From assembly GCA_002633005.1 (NCBI GenBank), contig NMRA01000034.1, positions 2,771 to 66,770 of the forward strand: a stretch of 64,000 bases of DNA, written 5' to 3'. How positions within the stretch are numbered: position 1 is the first letter of the stretch; each line of letters starts with the position of its first letter. The translations under genes and the position numbers were made by a program. Of the stretch, positions 61,701-64,000 are shown in pieces. Under the pieces are notes generated by a model. That model had not been told where the DNA came from, searched no databases, and saw nothing but the letters and a program-made list of their open reading frames with translations. Source of the stretch: Phoronis australis. Lineage: Eukaryota; Animalia; Phoronida.

Positions 61701-62719
61701 TACTGCACTTAAGCAATTTTGACCTTTAGCTAACAGGTTAACATTTGGACTGTGAAACTTTCCGAGTGAATTATACACGATAGGAAATAATAATGCACTA
61801 CTAGGGTTAATATGACCAGAGGAAATGATGACATACTGTATTCTTGTAATATCCTGTTACTCTATAGACAGATTTATTTGGCAAATAAAATATAAAACTT
61901 ACAGCAAAACACATTACAAAGGTAGATAAAATATTAACACGACTTGAAATAATTCAATTAAAGATGAATAGTTCAGACTTATTTACACTTCAGTCCTTTT
62001 CTCACTTATCCTTTCTACAAATGCTCATGTCCACTGACAACATCTCACACATTATTTAGTCATGGTCATTAGATTCATGTATCATCCAAATAGTGTATAA
62101 ATGTTTTCACTGTACCGCAGAGTTCCGTCAGTCCCACTAAAGAATTTGTCGTAACAGACTAGCTTTAATAGAGTACCTTACCTCAGAATAAGGTTCAACC
62201 ATTGGATCTGAGCAAAAACGTTATATAGCTTTTCCATGCAGTTCTTCACCACTTAAAGTTGCATTTCGCCTCTGCATAGCACCAGCGCAAAGCCAAAGGC
62301 AGTCGCTGAACACTTAACCTGAACCACAGCCCAGGGCTTCGTGGTTTTAAAACATATCCACACTCACTCGATCTCGAATTATTGCCGAATGAGCCAGCAA
62401 ATTAATACAAAGGATATGATAATGGAATTTCTGAAGGCGCGACCGGGGTGAACTGTGAACAGGGTGAACCACGGTACATATAAATCGGTGAATTATCGAA
62501 TGAACAAGGCCTACATTTCCGCACTCGGAAACGCAATAAAAACTTACCGAGACCTAATACAAGGGTGATATACCAAATGTCACGGCGTTTGAAAAGCTCC
62601 ATTATTTTGTTCTGCGACGCATCTTTTATCACATTGCGATGTCCAGCCTTGGAATCCGTTTTTCCCGGTTTGATGGGCTTTTCACTGTTTTGATTTTGGT
62701 GCCGCTTTCGAGTCGCCAT
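37538..62719 (-). CDS. DPY19L1: DPY19-family tryptophan C-mannosyltransferase (DPY19L1-like), 17 coding exons, about 713 aa
   Basis: Manual splice on the minus strand: 62548-62719, 59593-59617, 56639-56726, 55818-55955, 55462-55582, 54197-54290, 53300-53449, 49566-49743, 47484-47570, 46582-46719, 45106-45279, 43751-43843, 42622-42741, 41577-41751, 40743-40842, 39773-39898, 37538-37700. All introns are GT-AG with consistent phases, total 2142 nt. Hallmark DPY19 motifs: [67 protein letters not shown]. Confidence 0.96.
38690..38945 (-). mobile_element. tRNA-derived SINE
   Basis: Minus strand TAGCTGAATGG (A box) ... GGTTCGATTCT (B box); no complete cloverleaf; body boundary approximate. Confidence 0.65.
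39773..39898 (-). CDS. DPY19L1: DPY19L1-like exon 16 ([13 protein letters not shown]...LEDSWC)
   Basis: Conserved motif, AG/GT boundaries. Confidence 0.95.
40743..40842 (-). CDS. DPY19L1: DPY19L1-like exon 15 ([31 protein letters not shown])
   Basis: Conserved motif, AG/GT boundaries. Confidence 0.96.
41577..41751 (-). CDS. DPY19L1: DPY19L1-like exon 14 (LFGWL...[16 protein letters not shown]...)
   Basis: Conserved motif, AG/GT boundaries. Confidence 0.95.
41777..41914. repeat. Exact 69-bp tandem duplication next to the exon 14 acceptor
   Basis: attagattgtaacatcacttctc...tttacattac twice. Confidence 0.9.
42622..42741 (-). CDS. DPY19L1: DPY19L1-like exon 13 (VVYHIFQL...[11 protein letters not shown]...)
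   Basis: Conserved motif, AG/GT boundaries. Confidence 0.95.
43751..43843 (-). CDS. DPY19L1: DPY19L1-like exon 12 (IGWTEYK...SRPHAE), variable loop
   Basis: Phase 0-0 exon ending in HAE (vertebrate HGE) before the VYH exon; AG/GT boundaries. Confidence 0.85.
44414..44685. repeat. 68-bp minisatellite, 4 units, ABAB variant pattern
   Basis: Units start at 44414, 44482, 44550, 44618. Confidence 0.92.
44790..45072. mobile_element. MITE with AAAATTCTCCAGTTT terminal inverted repeats
   Basis: taaaaattctccagtttgggacac ... tgtccaaaactggagaatttttac. Confidence 0.65.
45106..45279 (-). CDS. DPY19L1: DPY19L1-like exon 11 ([11 protein letters not shown]...[11 protein letters not shown]...)
   Basis: Conserved motif, AG/GT boundaries. 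Confidence 0.95.
45340..45850. repeat. (AGC/AGT/AAT)n trinucleotide low-complexity tract in intron 10
   Basis: Seen directly. Confidence 0.9.
46582..46719 (-). CDS. DPY19L1: DPY19L1-like exon 10 (...WCVQG...SKLLLITDD)
   Basis: Conserved motif, AG/GT boundaries. Confidence 0.92.
47484..47570 (-). CDS. DPY19L1: DPY19L1-like exon 9 ([21 protein letters not shown]...)
   Basis: FGN.ML.TS motif, AG/GT boundaries. Confidence 0.93.
48969..49520. mobile_element. piggyBac-like MITE
   Basis: TTAA|CCCCTATCCTGC ... GCAGGATAAGGG|TTAA. Confidence 0.75.
49566..49743 (-). CDS. DPY19L1: DPY19L1-like exon 8 (...[15 protein letters not shown]...)
   Basis: Conserved motif, AG/GT boundaries. Confidence 0.95.
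49845..50085. mobile_element. MITE family with CAGTACAA/TTGTACTG ends; other copies at ~44058-44236 and ~59330-59581
   Basis: Shared internal blocks (tttcctgt..attcccct, ggaagac.actct, gccgtcatga, ttttggcttgtactgta). Confidence 0.65.
50195..51618. mobile_element. Tc1/mariner(pogo)-type non-autonomous element with TA TSD
   Basis: TA|CCGTATTCGCCGTAATAACCGCCCA ... TGGGCGGTTATTACGGCGAATACGG|TA, perfect 25-bp TIR. Confidence 0.88.
52500..53226. repeat. Long inverted repeat / foldback MITE (~190-bp arms) in intron 7
   Basis: 52500-52685 is inversely similar to 53035-53226 (aacaacatgactg/cagacatgttgtt, ttacggggatcaaatg/catttgatccccgtaa, ttgaacatgaccg/cggtcatgttcaa). Confidence 0.8.
53300..53449 (-). 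CDS. DPY19L1: DPY19L1-like exon 7 (SIFGG...[21 protein letters not shown]...)
   Basis: Conserved motif, AG/GT boundaries. Confidence 0.95.
54197..54290 (-). CDS. DPY19L1: DPY19L1-like exon 6 (GLGEPSYFY...FGTYLS)
   Basis: Conserved motif, AG/GT boundaries. Confidence 0.93.
54345..55325 (+). mobile_element. HINE/Helentron-like non-autonomous element with an internal tandem array (~386-bp period) in intron 5
   Basis: Repeated gtggacgc.aaaaaacag.ctcaaaaa units at ~54568 and ~54954; (GACG)n microsatellite; terminal hairpin ccacatat-aa-atatgtgg then cataaaa. Confidence 0.7.
55462..55582 (-). CDS. DPY19L1: DPY19L1-like exon 5 ([10 protein letters not shown]...[17 protein letters not shown])
   Basis: CW.V.RG..L.P..SCEG motif, AG/GT boundaries. 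Confidence 0.93.
55818..55955 (-). CDS. DPY19L1: DPY19L1-like exon 4 (GLYYSYYK...KRFNLYPE)
   Basis: Conserved motif, AG/GT boundaries, 138 nt. Confidence 0.95.
56639..56726 (-). CDS. DPY19L1: DPY19L1-like exon 3 ([29 protein letters not shown])
   Basis: Conserved motif, AG/GT boundaries. Confidence 0.95.
57245..57370 (-). mobile_element. L2/CR1-type LINE or SINE 3' end
   Basis: Minus strand gagggcccccat...atggggttaccctc stem-loop followed by a (TAAA)n-like tail. Confidence 0.5.
59593..59617 (-). CDS. DPY19L1: DPY19L1-like exon 2, 25-nt microexon (ACCTGYIHW)
   Basis: ttcttctttttctag|CATGCTGCACTGGTTACATACATTG|gtaagt; bridges phase 1 to phase 2 and ends in HW like vertebrate VLHW. Confidence 0.88.
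60330..60602 (-). mobile_element. Degraded tRNA-derived SINE in intron 1
   Basis: Minus strand TGGCCAAGTGG (A box) ... GGTTTGGGTCC (B-box-like), then cccttgag; boundaries approximate. Confidence 0.5.
62548..62719 (-). CDS. DPY19L1: DPY19L1-like exon 1 (MATRKRHQ...YITLVLGL)
   Basis: ATG in CAAACATGGCG context, basic N-terminus then a hydrophobic segment; donor G|GTAAGT, phase 1 fits exon 2. Confidence 0.85.
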
Positions 62720-63136
62720 GTTTGTTATTGTACACGTAGCGTGCCCTCATGCGGCAGTCTTTAGCGTTCCTGCTTCGGCAATTTCCGTAAAATCATAGAC
62801 TTTACAAAAAATTAAAAAGATAAAATTAAGGAACTTCATTTTAGTAAAAAAGACCAAAAATTGCACAAAATTCTATTCTAGGAAAACTTTTAAACTTGTC
62901 TTCCTTAAAACTCTCCAAACTATCCATACCGGAATAAACCGAGGTTAACCAAATATGGATATGCACAAGGTTTCCCATAACAACTTTGGAGTTTACATAT
63001 GGCAGACAGGCTCTTGCAGATGTAGTATATAGACGTGTGTAGTTAGGAGACGGAGAACAAAAGTAACAGTGTATACAGTCGTGTTTGGGAATTGTCACAG
63101 TCTTTTTACAGCCAAGAAGTTGAATTTTCAGACAAA
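62720..63136. promoter_or_regulatory. Putative bidirectional promoter between DPY19L1-like and SPATA48-like genes, with a degenerate RFX X-box at 62970-62984
   Basis: Divergent ATGs 417 bp apart; GTTTCC-CAT-AACAAC fits the loose GYTNYY-N1-3-RRHRAC X-box pattern. Confidence 0.5.
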
Positions 63137-63665
63137 ATGGGAGAAGTTATTTCTGACAGAGTTGTCCTGAGTGACTCTACGTTTAAGACCAGGCCAGATT
63201 TTGCAACAAATTTGAGATCAGACGCCAATGCCGGCTACAACTCTGTTAAACAAATTGAGGAACAACGTCGCCTTAGACACATGAAGTTTCCCACATTAGC
63301 TGGGAGAGCGGATGTAGACTCATTTCAGAACAAAAACAGCATTGCTTATAAGAAGTGGAATGATGAAGGAGATTTCCGCCCTGTGGCTCCTTTCCGAAGT
63401 TATGACAACATTGTCGATCCAGTGTCTGGATTTGTAAGTGCTGGAGGTGATGCTGATAGGCAAACTGGTATTCGACACATTCCTACAATGGTCGCTTTGA
63501 CACATACACCACAGTCTCAGCCTCCACATGAGAAACATTCTGTCCGTGTGAATATGAAAGCAGCGCCTCTCGAGACAAGACGTAAGACGGAGGAAGATAG
63601 TGGATCACCTTCACTGTGGAATAGTAGGAAATTGCTGGATGTGGTCATTCGCAATCAGCTTGGAG
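63137..63665 (+). CDS. SPATA48: SPATA48/SPMIP7 (C7orf72) homologue, first coding exon; gene continues past the window
   Basis: MGEVISDR... contains DPVSGFVSAGGDAD and WNSRKLLDVVIRNQLGG, matching my recollection of human SPATA48 SGFMSPGGDAD and WNSREVPDISIRARLGG; donor G|GTAAGG at 63665/63666. Confidence 0.8.
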
Positions 63666-64000
63666 GTAAGGGCTGCCATAACACAAGACATTTACTTGGT
63701 CTATTTTAGCCTGGAGACATGTGGACTTCAAGTATTTCACGTGTGACTATATTTTGTCCTGCTGATTACTAAATCTTGAAGTTTCATCAAAGACTGGCTA
63801 GGTACATGGGCACTAGTCAGATATACTGGACCCTGATTTAGTGAACCAGTTTCACCCATGGGCCCATTCAGTTATTTCCTCCAGGTTCTCTAAATTAAGG
63901 TCCACTCCATAATGTGCCATCACTGCCAGTACATGTTCCTATCGTGACTTTATTAGACAAATCCTAGCTTTCTGCAATTCTGGTATATGCAAAGCAGCAA

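Noticed and set aside
20400-62719. Functional glycosylation cluster of DPY19 plus the putative glycosyltransferases
   Set aside because: Convergent genes ~10 kb apart with different folds and compartments; adjacency alone is not evidence

Overview
AT-rich, repeat-dense animal genomic DNA, most likely from a marine invertebrate (inference from gene structure and TE types). It has one 311-N gap and two single-N scaffold joins. The right half holds a complete 17-exon DPY19-family C-mannosyltransferase gene on the minus strand (CDS 62719 to 37538, 713 aa by my manual splice, including a 25-nt microexon). That gene sits head-to-head, 417 bp between start codons, with the first coding exon of a SPATA48/SPMIP7 homologue. 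The left half holds a small cluster of an uncharacterised type II membrane protein with a DxD motif, probably a GT-A glycosyltransferase. One copy is a complete two-exon gene (20400-20794 + 26447-27233). Two near-identical terminal exons lack an in-window first exon (8888, 11014) and may be an uncollapsed haplotype pair. The rest is nested TEs: a deleted Gypsy pol, two RTE-X-like LINEs, L2-type fragments, tRNA-SINEs, Kolobok-, piggyBac-, mariner-, ISL2EU- and Harbinger-like non-autonomous elements, Helentron-like elements carrying CTCF-consensus motifs, and a set of CA-terminated hAT-like elements with 5-bp target duplications. I see no prokaryotic systems, rRNA, true tRNA or CRISPR. All calls are by eye, without database searches.
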